This document shows positions 1-27,302 of a stretch of DNA of 64,000 nt, piece by piece (the first letter of the stretch is position 1; each line of letters opens with the position of its first letter). The stretch is from the human T2T-CHM13v2.0 reference genome, Homo sapiens. Under the pieces are notes generated by a model that did not search any database, was not told where the DNA came from, and saw only the letters and a program-made list of their open reading frames with translations. The DNA is taken from NCBI RefSeq assembly GCF_009914755.1, contig NC_060941.1. One strand, 5' to 3'. Made by a program: the position numbers and the translations under genes.

Positions 1-1203
<1,203 letters not shown>

Positions 1204-2219
1204 AATACCACCTTGCTGTTTTCAGATTTTTTAGTTCTTGCTTCCTTTTGCTTTCCCTCCAGCCTAGAATACTCTTATACACTTCTCTTGGCCTAAATAT
1301 ATTTCTAGGCTAGTTCATTGTTCTGTTCTTCAGGGGGCCTTTTCCACCATTTCCAGAAATGCTGCCATCTCATCTCTGAGCCTGCATTTGGAGAAAAAGC
1401 GTCAGGGCAGGTGGAAAGCAGAGAAGGAGCATGGCTCCTCTGCGCACCAGCTTGAGGCCATGTCTCCTCACTTTCTTCCAGGAAGGAGAGGGGGTAGCAT
1501 CTCCCACTGTTTGATGTTCAGCCATGGGAACCTGCCAGCTGCTCTCTGGGCCCACCTGCTATTTGCACCAACCTAGGAATCTGTGAGATGCACTTGCCTT
1601 CCCAGTTACAGTGTGTCAGTTCCCAGCCAGAGCCCTGTGTAGTTGCTACACAAGATAGAATTACACGCAATTCTCTGCTCTTGAATTTAAACAGCTGCTA
1701 ACACCTACCTGATCACATTGTATTTAGTAACCAGCCAGCCTGTGTTTTAATTCCAGTCTCCTAGCGCTTCCCAGCCTTTATTACGCGCCAGAGATTTCTG
1801 TGCAAACACAACTGGATCTTCGATGCCTCTTTGACAGACTTGGCAATCCGTTTGCCCTCCTATGCCTGGTAGTGATGGAGGCCTGACTTATCCCTCCCTC
1901 CCTTGGGAGTCTATTAATGGAGGGGGAGATGCACACAGAGGCACACACGTGGAAAGAGCTTTTGAGGCTGAAAAACTGCTCAGCTTAAAAGAGCTGCAGG
2001 CACATCTCTCCAGCCTCCAGGGTTTCCCTTGGTCCCCGTGATGGCAGCCAGCAGCTACAGGTTCTGACATCACTTGTCTGCTTTCTGCCACCGATTTCTG
2101 GGAACCATTGAGGGCAGGAGAGCCTGCCTATGCCAGTGCTACCCTAAGATGTGTACACTGTTGTTTATTCTTCTCCTATCAAGGCTTCTCTTGGGGCGAT
2201 TCAAGCTGGAATACAGACT

Positions 2220-2562
<343 letters not shown>

Positions 2563-2572
2563 TCAGATGTTG

Positions 2573-2974
2573 TGTATTAGTCCGTTCTTGCGCTGCTATG
2601 AAGAAATACCTGAGACTGGGTCATTTATAAAGAAAAAGAGGTTGAATTGGCTCACGGTTCTGCAGGCTCTACAGGAAGCATGGCAGCGTCTGCTTCTGGG
2701 GAGGCCTCGGGGAGCTTTGACTCATGGCAGAGGGCAAGAGCAGATGTCTTGTAAGAGCAGACATCTTACATGGCAGGAGCAGGAGCAAGGAGGGGGATGC
2801 CACACACTTTAAAACGACAAGATCTCACGAGAACAGCACCAAGAGGACGGCGCCAAACCATTCATGAGAAACCGCGCTCATGAGCCAATCACCTGCCATC
2901 AGGACCCACCTCCAACACTGGGGATTACAATTTGACATGAGATTTGGTGGGGACACAGATCCAAACCGTATCCA
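2573..2974 (-). mobile_element. MST-family (MSTA/MSTB-like) MaLR solo LTR
   Basis: tgtattagtccgttcttgcgctgctatgaagaaatacctgagactggg...gacacagatccaaaccgtatc, reverse complement of the MST consensus. Confidence 0.8.
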
Positions 2975-3060
2975 GTTGTGATAGATTAAATTACTATTCA
3001 GCAGATACTCTGTGTGCACTGTGGGCAGAGGGTACTTCCCTGCTCCACTGATATTTTTAA

Positions 3061-3098
<38 letters not shown>

Positions 3099-3273
3099 AG
3101 ATGGAGTCTCGCTCTGTCACTCAGGCTGGAGTGCAATGGAGCAACCTCGGCTCACTGCAACCTCTGCCTCCTCAGTTCAAGCAATTCTTCTGCCTCAGCC
3201 TCCAGAGTAGCTGAGATTACCGGTGCCTGCCACCATGCCCAGCTACAAAATTTTGTATTTAGTAAAAATACAA

Positions 3274-3433
3274 AGGGGGGAGGGGGGAGGGATAGCATTG
3301 AGAGGTATACCTAATGCTAGATGACGAGTTAGTGGGTACAGCACACCAGCATAGCACATGTATACATACGTAACTAACCTGCACAATGTGCACATGTACC
3401 CTAAAACTTAAAGTATAATAATAATAAAAAAAA
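3274..3433 (+). mobile_element. Heavily 5'-truncated young L1 (L1PA2-like) 3' end
   Basis: G-rich 3' UTR, then gatagcattg...ctagatgacgagttagtggg...cctaaaacttaaagtataataa and an A tail. GAG rather than the L1HS-Ta ACA diagnostic. Confidence 0.85.
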
Positions 3434-3446
3434 GTCCAAAAAACAC

Positions 3447-3570
3447 AAAATAACTTTTGTATTTAGTAAAAATGCAAAATAACTTTTGTATTTAGTAAAA
3501 ATGCAAAATAACTTTTGTATTTAGTAAAAATGCAAAATAACTTTTGTATTTAGTAAAAATGCAAAATAAC
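3447..3570. repeat. 29-bp tandem repeat, about 4.3 copies
   Basis: Unit aaaataacttttgtatttagtaaaaatgc with exact period 29. Confidence 0.9.
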
Positions 3571-4199
3571 GGCCAGGCAAGGTGGCTCACTCCTGTAATC
3601 CCAGCACTTTAGGGGGCCGAGGTGGGTGGATCACCTGAGGTCAGGAGTTCGAGACCAGCCTGACCAACATGGTGAAACCCTGTCTCTACTAAAAATAAAA
3701 AAATAGCTGTGCGTGGTGGCGCGTGTCTGTAGGCCCAGCTATTCGGGAAGCTGAGACAGGAGAATCTCTTGAACCTGGGAAGCAGAGGTGTCAGTGAGCT
3801 GATATTGCACCAGTGCACTCCAGTCTGGGAGGTTGCAGTGAGCTGAGATCATGCCACTGCACTCCAGCCTGGGTGACAGAGTGAGACTCTGTCTCAAAAA
3901 AAAAATACAAAATACAAAATAACTTTTGTATTTTTAGTAGGGACAGGGTTTCACCATGTCGGCCAGGGTGGTCTGGAACTCCTGACCTCAAGTGATCCAC
4001 CCACCTCGGTCTCCCAAAGTGCTGGGATTACAGGCATGAGCCACTGCGCCCAGCCTGTTCCACTAATATTGAGTTTGAGCTTGGGACTTGATTTGTCCAA
4101 TGAAATGTTAGCAGACGTGATCAGTGCAGTAGATTGAAGTGCTGATGTGGACGGCTTGCCCTCTTGCCCATCTGCCTTCTGCTATGAATAGGATGTGCC

Positions 4200-4764
4200 T
4201 TGACTAACCACAAGTCCAACTGAGGTAAAAGACTGGTAGGATTTGTTTTCTGGCCATAACCATGCTGACCAAAACAAACAGGATTTCGTCCAGACAGGAT
4301 AAAGTAAAGAAACCAGTGAAAACCAGCAGATGATGACCAGGGTGATTCTTGGCTGCCCTCGTCGCTCAATAGCATAAGGCACTCCCACCAGCTCCATCAC
4401 AGTTTACAAATGCCATAGCAATGACCTGGAAGTTATCACTTTTCCATGGCAGTGACCTGGAAGGTACTGCCCCTTTCCTGGAGAGTTCTAAATAATCTGC
4501 CCCCTCACTCTGCATTAACCAACCCCTTAACTGACATGTGATTGAAAGTGGGTATAAGTGGGTATAAATACAGTTACCAAGAGCTCATATGTTGCCGACT
4601 CTGGGCACACTGCCTATGAGTCACCCCTGCTCTGCAAAGAGCAGTACCGTTCCAGAAAAGATTGCTGTTTAGCACCACCGGCCTGCCCTTGAATTATCTC
4701 CTGGGCAAAGACAAGAACCCTCCTGGGCTAAGCCTCAACGTTGGGGTTCGCCTGTCCTACATCA
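4200..4764 (+). mobile_element. ERV1-class solo LTR (MER50/MER41-like) inserted in an MLT1 LTR (~4060-4950)
   Basis: cagtttacaaatgccatagcaatgacctggaagtta..., TATA-like gtataaata, end ...gctaagcctcaacgttggggttcgcctgtcctacatca. MLT1-like flanks on both sides. Confidence 0.6.
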
Positions 4765-5245
4765 CAATGAGGATGGAATCCCACAGAGCAGGCCTGGACC
4801 TGCTTGCAGCATGAAGCCTACTCCAGCTGGGCCTAGAAAAGATCAGCCAAACCCTCATTGACCCACAGGCAAATGAGTAAGAAATAAATGCTCACTTTTG
4901 CATGCCATTGAGTTTTGGAATTATTTGTTAAGCAATAATAGTTGACTAATTCAAGGGAGCAGGCTTCCCTTTCTTCCCACATTCTCCCTAGCTGTCCTTT
5001 TGAATATTAAATCGGCAGCAATTAACACTACTGATCCTCCCACAAGAAGAAAATAAACTTGGAGTAGATTTGCCAGGAATGGGGGGTCCCTTACATGGAG
5101 CCACATTCATTATCTTGCCCAGGCTCCCCAGCAAACAGCCTTACCTTATTAATTATCAATATGGTTATACATAGAGCAAAGCTAGTTCAGCTGTTCGAGC
5201 CAATTGGCCAAATCCAGGCCCAATGCTGGAGGCTTGGCCTCCTTA

Positions 5246-7763
<2,518 letters not shown>

Positions 7764-9859
7764 TTAATCTGCCAGTTTCCCTTGCAGTTTATCTCTTGAA
7801 AAGGAGGATCACTGGTTCTGTGGAGAATCCCGCAGCCCAAATCTTACACCCCGTGGTGGGGTTTAGCACGTGCCTCCATCTCCTGCACTGCCAGAAGGTT
7901 TCCATGGATTGGAAATTGGACCAAGCAGCTTGGTCAGATTCAGGTTTGACATAGTGGTAAGACTACTTTCTTAGCCATTTTCATCAGGTGTCTAGAATGC
8001 CTGGCCTCACATGTTTATTGAAGGAGGAGAAGAAAGGCTACTTTGGAGAAACCCATAGATCCATTTTCCAAGTCTGACTAACCAAGATTCTTCAGAGGTG
8101 CTGAGGGATTTATCTGATGACAAAAAAAAATATCTATATCAATAATTAATCTCGAAGTGTCCTTGTTGCAGCCAGTGATAAGAGAAAGCTGCACAGTGCC
8201 TGAGTCTAGCAGATCTGCGGAGACCACTCTGGGACAAAATACATAAACACTAGTAAATTACTTCAAAGCTTTTCTCTTTTTTAATTAACTGGAGTAATTT
8301 TGTAATAATCCCCATGGCTTGTGTCTTAAAATGCAAGTCAGTTAAGGATCGAATCCATCCTCCCACGGCGTTTCTCTAGTTCTGGGGCTCAGACCACGAG
8401 GGCTCAACCCCGCGGGATGGCGGTGACTCAAGGGCTTTCATAAAACACACAGAACTTTCCGGCTTCACTCCAGCCTCGGCAGATGGTAACAAGTGTCAGA
8501 AGCATTCAATTAGCCCCTGCATTTGCTCATGATTTAACAAGCTCCGTCTAGTGGCATACCTGTGATATGTGGAGCTGCAGAGACGTAAGCTTCTGAAGGA
8601 CTCTATAAAAAGCTTTTTGAGAATGATGGGTTTGAGTATTTCAAGTTCCCAGACTGCCGTAAAAGGCAAAGGCCAGGCTCCCCCATTCCTCTTGACTGTG
8701 TGCTCACACAGCAAATTGAGCTTCCAAAGGCAATTAATTCCACAATCCTCAATTCCACAGGGGATCATGGGCTGTGCACACAGCTTCATAGAACCACTGA
8801 GCCAGGGGGACTTTGCCCTATATAGAAACCCTTGTGTTTATACACCTTGGAAATGCTTTTCAAAGCCAATTCGCTCACATTGTCATGTTGGAGCCTCACA
8901 AAATCCTGTTAAGTAGAACAGTTATTATCCCATTTGATGTATTTAAAAAAAAAAAAACAAACCATCCAAAGTCTGAGGTCAACAGGGAGGGAGTGATGAC
9001 GTCCATTCAGAACCCATCCGCCTCCATTCTGAGCCTCTGGTGCAGGCTCCGGCCAGCACGGCCCCAGCAGGAGGTCCCAAAGGCAGTCCTGTAACCTTCA
9101 TCCAGGAATTACGGGGGCTCCACCGTGCCTGGCATTTAACCATTCATTCAGGGAGAGCAAATCCAACAGTTCACGAGGACCATCCTGGGATGCTGTCGTC
9201 TGGATGGTCAGGAAGTGAAATACAGGCCCTGTGGCCTTGCTGCAAGCCTCGGTCCTCCCTGGACCTGGAGGCCACTGGATGTGTGTCCCCTTCGTGGGAG
9301 AGCTCCGTCCACCTGGAGACAGTAACCACGCTATGTCCAGCCACCCAGCAGGACCTCTCCAGGAGGACAAACCCGCATTCCTCACTGTCTCTCCGGGGAG
9401 AAGGTGTCTACCCTGAACAATCATGCCCCATCATGGTATATATGCATAGGCGGTGAGGCATTCTGGGCTCAATCTTTATGTGTCCCCCAATTCCAGGCTG
9501 ACCTCTCGACTGTGGTGGACAAAGGAACAACCCCAGGTTTCTTTTGCAGGTCCCCATTCAGGAAATGCACCCTCCAGCCCCGGCCCTTCCACTTTGCCAG
9601 TGGAGAGTTTTCCGCTGAGCTGGAAGGCTGCACCCTGTCACACACCAGGTGTGCGAGGTCCAGTGCGTTGGCAGAGAGGATGGTGGAGGAAATGGTTTGG
9701 AAAGAAACTTAGCAGCAGCTGTGGAGGCAGAACCAGGAGCCGATTGGCCAAGAGGCAATGTTAGCTCCCCCTTGGCTCCTCCAGGTGAAGCAAGTTTTAC
9801 ATCCCAAAGCTCCATGGATCACAGGGCGACCACTCTCGGCTGGGGACTGCAGAGCGAAG

Positions 9860-11569
<1,710 letters not shown>

Positions 11570-14290
11570 TTAGCACTGCAGCAGGTTGGTTGGGAGGGCA
11601 GAGGTTACCTGCAAGACAAGGCCAGCTGGGGTGAGCCCCGGCAGGTGCAGGGACAGGGCTCCTGGGGCTGACGACTGGAAGCCTGTCCTCCCCTTGGGAC
11701 GCCTGGCACTCCCTGACATCAGGGCTCCTGCCTGGCTGTGGCTGGCACTTGGCTCTGGACGACTGTCTCTTGGATCACAGAGGGGCCAGGATGAGGACTG
11801 GGCAGAGTGGGGCCCTCTACATGGAAGGATCTCACCTCCCACTCGCTCCTTCCATGGGGTTGTCAGAGGACCGCAGACCCGTCCTAAAGGCAGCACAGAC
11901 ACAGAGCCTTAATTCTAGTCCTTATATCACAGTCCCCACCCCCGGGATAGATTGTGCTTTTTTCCAGAGTCAGAATGGGGACGCTCAGGGCTTTATTGAA
12001 CGTTTATTGTAAATACCAGTTTTGTTCTTCCCATTAGAGAAGGAACGTGCTGTCTCCACGCTGCCGAGGTGGAGGGGCGTGGGGAGGAAGCTGTCCCTCT
12101 GCTGGCCGTCCCTCCCCTGCTCTGGTGGCTCCTCGGGGGGCTCACAGCACAGGTCCAAGTCCTCAATGTGCCAGGTGAGTCCTCCCCACTGGCAGCTCCT
12201 GTCCCCTGCCGCCAGCCTGTCTTGCATCAGCCACACCATGCCCTTTAGTGTCAGAAGCTCCTCGGCTTGGGGACCCCTGTGGCTTCTGTCCTGTAGACCC
12301 CACGCCTAGCACAGTCCCTAGCCCATTGCACCCTGTGGGTGTCGCTGAGTGAATGCCTTCACGGTTCCTCCTCCCTCCTCTTCTCTCCACCTAAAATACT
12401 TGTTTTCCAGTCCTCCATCTGGAAATGTGACTATGTTTTCTCATCCATACACAGCGATGCAATAGCGCCAGGCTCACTGGCCAGGGGAGTGATACAGGGG
12501 GGCACCTGGCACAGTCGGGCACAAGGTAGTCACCGCACAGCCACCACCACTTCCGTCATGGTCGGTATCATATAGCGGGGCAGAGATTGGGCTTTGGAGC
12601 CCAGAGAGGCCTGTGTTCAAATCGACTCTGCTCTGACTTGTGGTGTGGACTTGGCCGCGGGACTGAGCGCGGGGCCTGCTCAGGGGCCAGCGTCACAGGG
12701 AAGACAGTCCGAGCAAGCATGGGTCAGGGCGCTGAGGCTTCCTCCTGCGAGCCAAAGGGAAACTCAGCCACGGGGACTCAGGGAGGCCTGTGGGGCAAGT
12801 CTGAGCCTCCCTCTCGGTGGCCAGTGGGCCTCTCCTTAGGTGCCTGGGGCACCTTCTCACCCAGCAGCTGGCTGCCTGGAGTGGGCAGCCCCAGGGGCTG
12901 GGTGGTCCTATCCATGTGGGTTGGACTCTGTCCACCATTCTGCCCTTTCTGCTCACTCAGGTTCCTGCGAATGGTGTCGGGCCACCATCTTCTTCTCCTG
13001 CCTCAGGACACAGGGAACCTAGGGAACTCCAGACAATGGTCGAGGACTGGGGGAGCCCCCAGGGTTCCTGAGTCTCCTAGGAGGACAGTGGAGCAAGGAT
13101 TTGTGTCCGCAGGCTGGAGTCAGGCTTGCATTTGATGCCCTGGTTACCTTTGCAGCATCTGGGACAGAGTGGTGTGGAGATAGGGAGGGGGTTTTGCCCT
13201 GGGCCTGCCCAGGTGTTACTTCACTTCCCCAGCACTCATCTGTCATGCCCCTCGAATCCACATCCGACTAGGAGGCCCTCCTCTCTGGCCACCTTTCCTT
13301 TCTACCAACAACCCCCTAGTTCTTTTTCTCTCTCTCTGCCTTCGCTTCCTCCACTCTCTCCCTGCCCTAGGATCCCAGCTCCATCCTGGAGTCAGAACCT
13401 GCAGGGGCTTCGTTCCTGCAGAGCATGCTGGGGCTTCCTTCCCGCAGGATGTGCAGGGGAAATCGTGATCTGTCAAATCCACGTTCACCCTCTCCCGATG
13501 GACTAGGAGAGGAATGGTGCGATTCCTTCCAGAAGGCCTTCCCCACGTGAGATAGGGAGAAAGAGAGAAGATAGGGCAAATTTTGTGAGGGAAAAAAGTA
13601 CAAACCACTGGGATAGATGACAGCCATGTTCAGAGGCTGGGGAGACTGAGAGAGGAGAAGGAGGACTCTGGGGTAGGTGGTGTGTGTGAACACACAGACA
13701 GAGCCTGGGAGAGGGGCAGTGCTAGGGACTCTCAGGGGCTGGAGAGCAGAGGGGACGCGGCTGGGAAACTCCCAGGGAAGCAGGTGAGTGGGAGCTCTGG
13801 ATGGACGCAGAGGAGACTGTCCTCCAAGCCGGGCCACCCACAGCACCCAGGGTGGAAACAGACAACTCACAGCTCTCTTTCCAAGGTCGAGAGGTCACAG
13901 AGCAGAGCCAGGCCAGGGCCATAGCTCTGCAGGCCAGCAGGAGGAGCGGGGCAGCCTCCCTCTCCACCACCTCCCCCGTGGCCGCCTGGATTGCCCTCGG
14001 CTGTGCCAGAATCTCCAGCACACTCAGCCTGGCCCAGCCCAGGCCTCTCAGGGACTGGCCTCCCTGCCTTTGCCCAGCCTCCTGAAAAGCACAGCTGGCC
14101 CCACTCAGGAGCAGTTAGCCTGAGGGCCCTTCCTGTCAGCCGGTAGATCACTGGCTGGCTGCCTCAGTCACCACTTGGTGGAGGTGACTGCAGGTAAGCA
14201 GGCGCCTGGGAGTCTGGCTCGTGCCACCATCTGCATTTTTTTGTGAATCCTGGAGTATCTTGTCACATTATCTCTAACCAGTAGAGAGGC

Positions 14291-14665
14291 ATGTGTGCAC
14301 ACGTGTGCATGCGTCTGTATGCTCTCATCTATGTGTATTTGAGTGTGTGTGTCTACATGCACCTGTGTGCATGTGTGTGTACCTGTGTGTGCATCTGTGT
14401 GCTTTGTGTGTGTGGGTATGTGTGTACATGTGTGCCTATGCATGTCTGTGTCTGCGTGTGTGTTTATGTGTATGTGTGCACACATGCATCCATGTATGTG
14501 TGTCTATGCACGTGTGCACATGTGTCTGTGCTTCTGTCTGCCAGTGCACATGTATATGTCTGTGCATCTGTGTGTGTGCACGTGTCTGTGTGTGCAAGTA
14601 TACACATGGCTCTCTGCGTGTGTCTGTCTCCCTGCGTGTCTGTGTGTGTGCGTGCATGTGTGCTC
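14291..14665. repeat. Degenerate (TG)n/(CA)n alternating purine-pyrimidine tract
   Basis: About 375 bp of tgtgtg/tgca/tgta units; generates the spurious Cys/Val-rich and His/Thr-rich ORFs. Confidence 0.9.
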
Positions 14666-14749
14666 ACAAGCTCTGGGCGTGGGCCCTAGTGTCTGAGAGC
14701 AGGGATGAGATTGTTTTGCCTCAGAAAGCCCAGGGCAGAAACATTTCCC

Positions 14750-15460
14750 CCGCACGATCAAGGCCTTCCGTGGCTGCTCAGAACACACCGCGTTCCCGGC
14801 CGCACACGCAGTCACACGGGCTGGTGCACACTCACACTCAGGCCCGAGCCCTCCCGTCACACTCTTTGGTCTCCCGCAGGAAGCCCCCGGAGCCCCAGCC
14901 CACAGGCCTCCATTCCCAGCGGGTACCCCGGGCCCCACGCTTTCCTGTGAACCCTACAAGCGCAGCCTGCCCGCCCCTCGCTGGCTGCCTTCAGGGAGCC
15001 CCCGGAAAGCCGGGCCGGGGAGCTGGCAGGGACACCCCAGGTCTCTGCGTCCTGCCTTCCCGCGCCCTCAGCAGCCCAAGCCGGGGCTCCAGCAGGGAGA
15101 GCAAATGTTGTCTGCAGAAGGCGCCAGGCCTCCCCAGCTCCCCCAAGGCCTATTGCGAGCCCAGGCACAGGAAAATTGTTCCAAGCGCGCTCCTCATCCT
15201 TGTCTTCAGCCCTGTTGGCACTACCCGGTGTCAGGGATGCCTCCCTGCCCTCGCTATGAGAACATCATTTTCCTTCTTTTTCAGGCCCACGAAGGAGCTC
15301 CTCGCGGTGCCGGGAGCGCCCCCTCGTGGCGAAGCCGCGCAGGCACAGTGTCTGGGACACCTGGGGTCCAGGTGCCTTCCCAACACCTGAAAGGCGGGAT
15401 GGGAGGCGGGGGCAGATGTTCACCCGCTTCTGTCCCTACTGATCTTCCTCCCCCCGGAGT
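14750..15460. promoter_or_regulatory. Orphan CpG-rich patch (candidate enhancer or insulator)
   Basis: Non-repetitive, GC-rich sequence with many retained CpGs (e.g. ccgcgttcccggccgc, gccgggccgggg, ctcgcggtgccggg) and a CTCF motif. Confidence 0.5.
15316..15329 (-). promoter_or_regulatory. CTCF motif
   Basis: GCGCCCCCTCGTGG reads CCACGAGGGGGCGC on the minus strand, a near-consensus CTCF core, inside a CpG-rich patch. Confidence 0.65.
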
Positions 15461-15659
15461 CCCGGGTGTTGAGGGAAGAAACCTGCACTTGGATGCTTTT
15501 CACCGAGCTGAGCCCTTGGATACCTGGAAACACAATACCTCCCTGGGACTAATGCCATCCTCAGGGCTCACTCTGGATCCGGCTATACCTGTTGCAGCAG
15601 CAATTCTCTGGGAACACTTCAGAGCCCTCTTTACAGATTGTTTAGATTGGGTGGGGATA

Positions 15660-16720
<1,061 letters not shown>

Positions 16721-16879
16721 TCAGAGGCAGAGGAAGGACAGAAAGAAAGAAGATCATTTGTCTTTAAAATTTTTCCAATGATAAACAGAAATCATTATAG
16801 TGAGAGCCAACGTCTGTATAGCATGTCCCATGTGGCAAGCCCTGTTCTAAATCTTTCAGACACATTAACTTATTGAATC

Positions 16880-19055
<2,176 letters not shown>

Positions 19056-19357
19056 ATGGTCCAATTCTTTCTTCCTCTTTTGCTGCCCGTCTCTCACAGC
19101 CTGCCCCTTAGCCTCCGACTGTGAAGTTTAGACCCGAATTGGTCACACGGCACCTGTTCTCATCATCCCATTCTCTCCCCTTCCTTCGCTTGGTCCATAA
19201 TCTGTATTTGTCAGAGAAAGGACTTCAGTTGCCGTGGGGATCTGAATGGACTTTGCTGAGGATTTTGGACCTTATTTTTATTTTTCAGACCATGTCTAAA
19301 AGAAACAAACGGCCCCAAGGCAGGGTTTGGGTGGCAGCCAAGCTACTGTGAGGTTCA

Positions 19358-24560
<5,203 letters not shown>

Positions 24561-25835
24561 ATCTTTCCTAAGGTTCCGAAAGATATTAATATTTGGGGAA
24601 AAGTGAAATGGGAGCTTGTGCAATTTTTGTATCCCTAAAGTTTCATTGCTTCCTCTAAACTCTTTCTCACGACAATTTTAGCTCCCCTTCTCTTGTCCTA
24701 AGGTTTGGCTTTTGCACAGCTGGAGGGCATTTCTTGTACAGGGTGGGCTAACCAGGCCCAGGTCCTGCTTCAGCCCTGACTCCAAGGCTCTGATTCGTGA
24801 CATCATGCAAGTTTCTGAGCCTTTCTGAACTTGGTTTCTTCTTCATTTTGTTTGTTATCTCAAGGGTGGTTGTGAGAACTAAATTGGGCAATGCACGCAA
24901 AATGCTTGGCCCATCATTTGCGATTGATAAATGTTACTCATCATTATGGGTTTTTTTTTAAGAACTAAAAAGTCTTCACTAACCTTCCCCTTTGCCTTTT
25001 TATCGCTGTCAACATCAGGTACCAAGAGCCTGTGAAGCATCTTACAAGGTGGCTGCAATTTTGGCTCAGGGAAACTAGATGTGGCCAGACTTGCACATAA
25101 ATGACAATGGATGCTTCTCCCAAAGTTTCCAAAAATCTGGATGAACTAACCCAGAAGGATCCTGTCTGAATAAAGAACACTGCTCCAAGTGACCAGGAGG
25201 CCTCGATCTCTTTCTGCACTTATGGAGAGGGAAGGCTGTGCAGAAAGCTGCCCGTGGAAGGGACACACAGGTCCCTAATCTGACCCATAAGCATCCCACC
25301 CACCCCAGGGACCCACTGCAACCTGCTGCTGTGGCTCCCCACACACCTCCCTGGGCCTCCTTGACCTGACAGGTGAGCACTGCCTGACCCAGCAGCCTCT
25401 GGCCAGGTAGCCCCTGTGGGGAAGAGCTGCAGTTCTGGACAGCTGCCTGCTTCAAAATGGAGAGCCCAGGTGGCCTCCCCAAGGGCACCTTCTTCCTCTT
25501 TCTAAGTCAGAGCCAGCTAAGATGAATTTCTCTTGTACATGGTGGGCAAACCAGACCCAGGGCCAGTTTTGGGCTCTGTGTCCAAGACACTGATTTGTGA
25601 CATCAGGTAAGCCTCTGAACATTTCTGAACTTGGTTTCTTCTTCACGTGAAAGCTCCTGGGCTTTCAAACCTCCATCCTCCCTGAATAGTGACTTTTGCC
25701 CCTGCCTTGTCCCTCACAGACACAGCTGGCTGCGGCGTCCTCCCTTTCCCCTCCCAAGGGGGCCGCCCTGCCTCTGCCCACCATGGGCATGTGGCCATTG
25801 CCGCTGGTTTAGACTTGGTCCAGCCTCAGTCTTGA

Positions 25836-25849
25836 CTGCCATCTAGTGG
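25836..25849 (-). promoter_or_regulatory. CTCF motif
   Basis: CTGCCATCTAGTGG reads CCACTAGATGGCAG on the minus strand, a consensus CTCF core. Confidence 0.6.
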
Positions 25850-25879
25850 CTCCCAGACTCCTGCTGGGATTCAAGTTCT

Positions 25880-26220
25880 CTGGTGAGAACTAAACTGATT
25901 TTTGTATCTTGCCCAAATTCCTAAGGGGTCTGGGAGTCATGACCTATAAATCAAAAATTCTCATCAGATGGGTTTTATTTAACCCTATATATTGTGATTT
26001 ACTTTCCAACCTGACTCTGGCATAACATTACGAGACAAGGAAGAAAATCAAAATACTTTACCCCAAAACATGTTTCTTTGCCATATCTTGAAATGGCCCT
26101 GCAAAGCTGTCCTTTGTGGGGGAAAATTTGCATCTGTAAAGAATCTCTATTAACATAGCTAGCTCTTTTTCTTCCAGGCCCTCCCAATCCGAAACAGATT
26201 AACTAAAGCATCTTTTAGGT
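25880..26220 (+). mobile_element. MER4-family (MER4B/D/E-like) ERV1 LTR fragment
   Basis: ggggtctgggagtcatg...ttctcatcagatgggttttatttaaccc...caaaacatgtttctttgccatat...gaatctctattaacatagctag. Confidence 0.6.
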
Positions 26221-26397
26221 CCGGCGGGCATGATGGCTCACACCTGTAATCCCAGCACTTTGGGAGACCGAGGCAGGCAGAGCCCTTGAGGTCAGGAGTT
26301 CAAGACAAGGCTGGCCAACATGGTGAAACCCCGTCTCTACTAAAAATACAAAAATTAGCTGGACGTGGTGGTGCACGCCTGTAATCCCAGCTACTCA

Positions 26398-26526
<129 letters not shown>

Positions 26527-26567
26527 CTATTTGTTAGATTTAGGGCCCACCTTTAGCATGACCTCGT

Positions 26568-27302
<735 letters not shown>

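Larger units (their letters stand above)
3060..4055 (-). mobile_element. Antisense Alu with (TTA)n tail, split at its central A-rich linker by an L1 fragment, a tandem repeat and a sense Alu (3571-3904)
   Basis: Right arm at 3097-3245, left arm resumes at ~3925-4055. Confidence 0.85.

Noticed and set aside
3447-3570. 29-bp direct repeats superficially resembling a CRISPR array
   Set aside because: Units are contiguous with no spacers, derive from the Alu linker, and the context is primate DNA.
14293-15390. 365-aa ORF, the longest in the window
   Set aside because: The N-terminal third is translated TG repeat and the rest is GC-rich, stop-poor sequence. No recognisable domain or exon structure.
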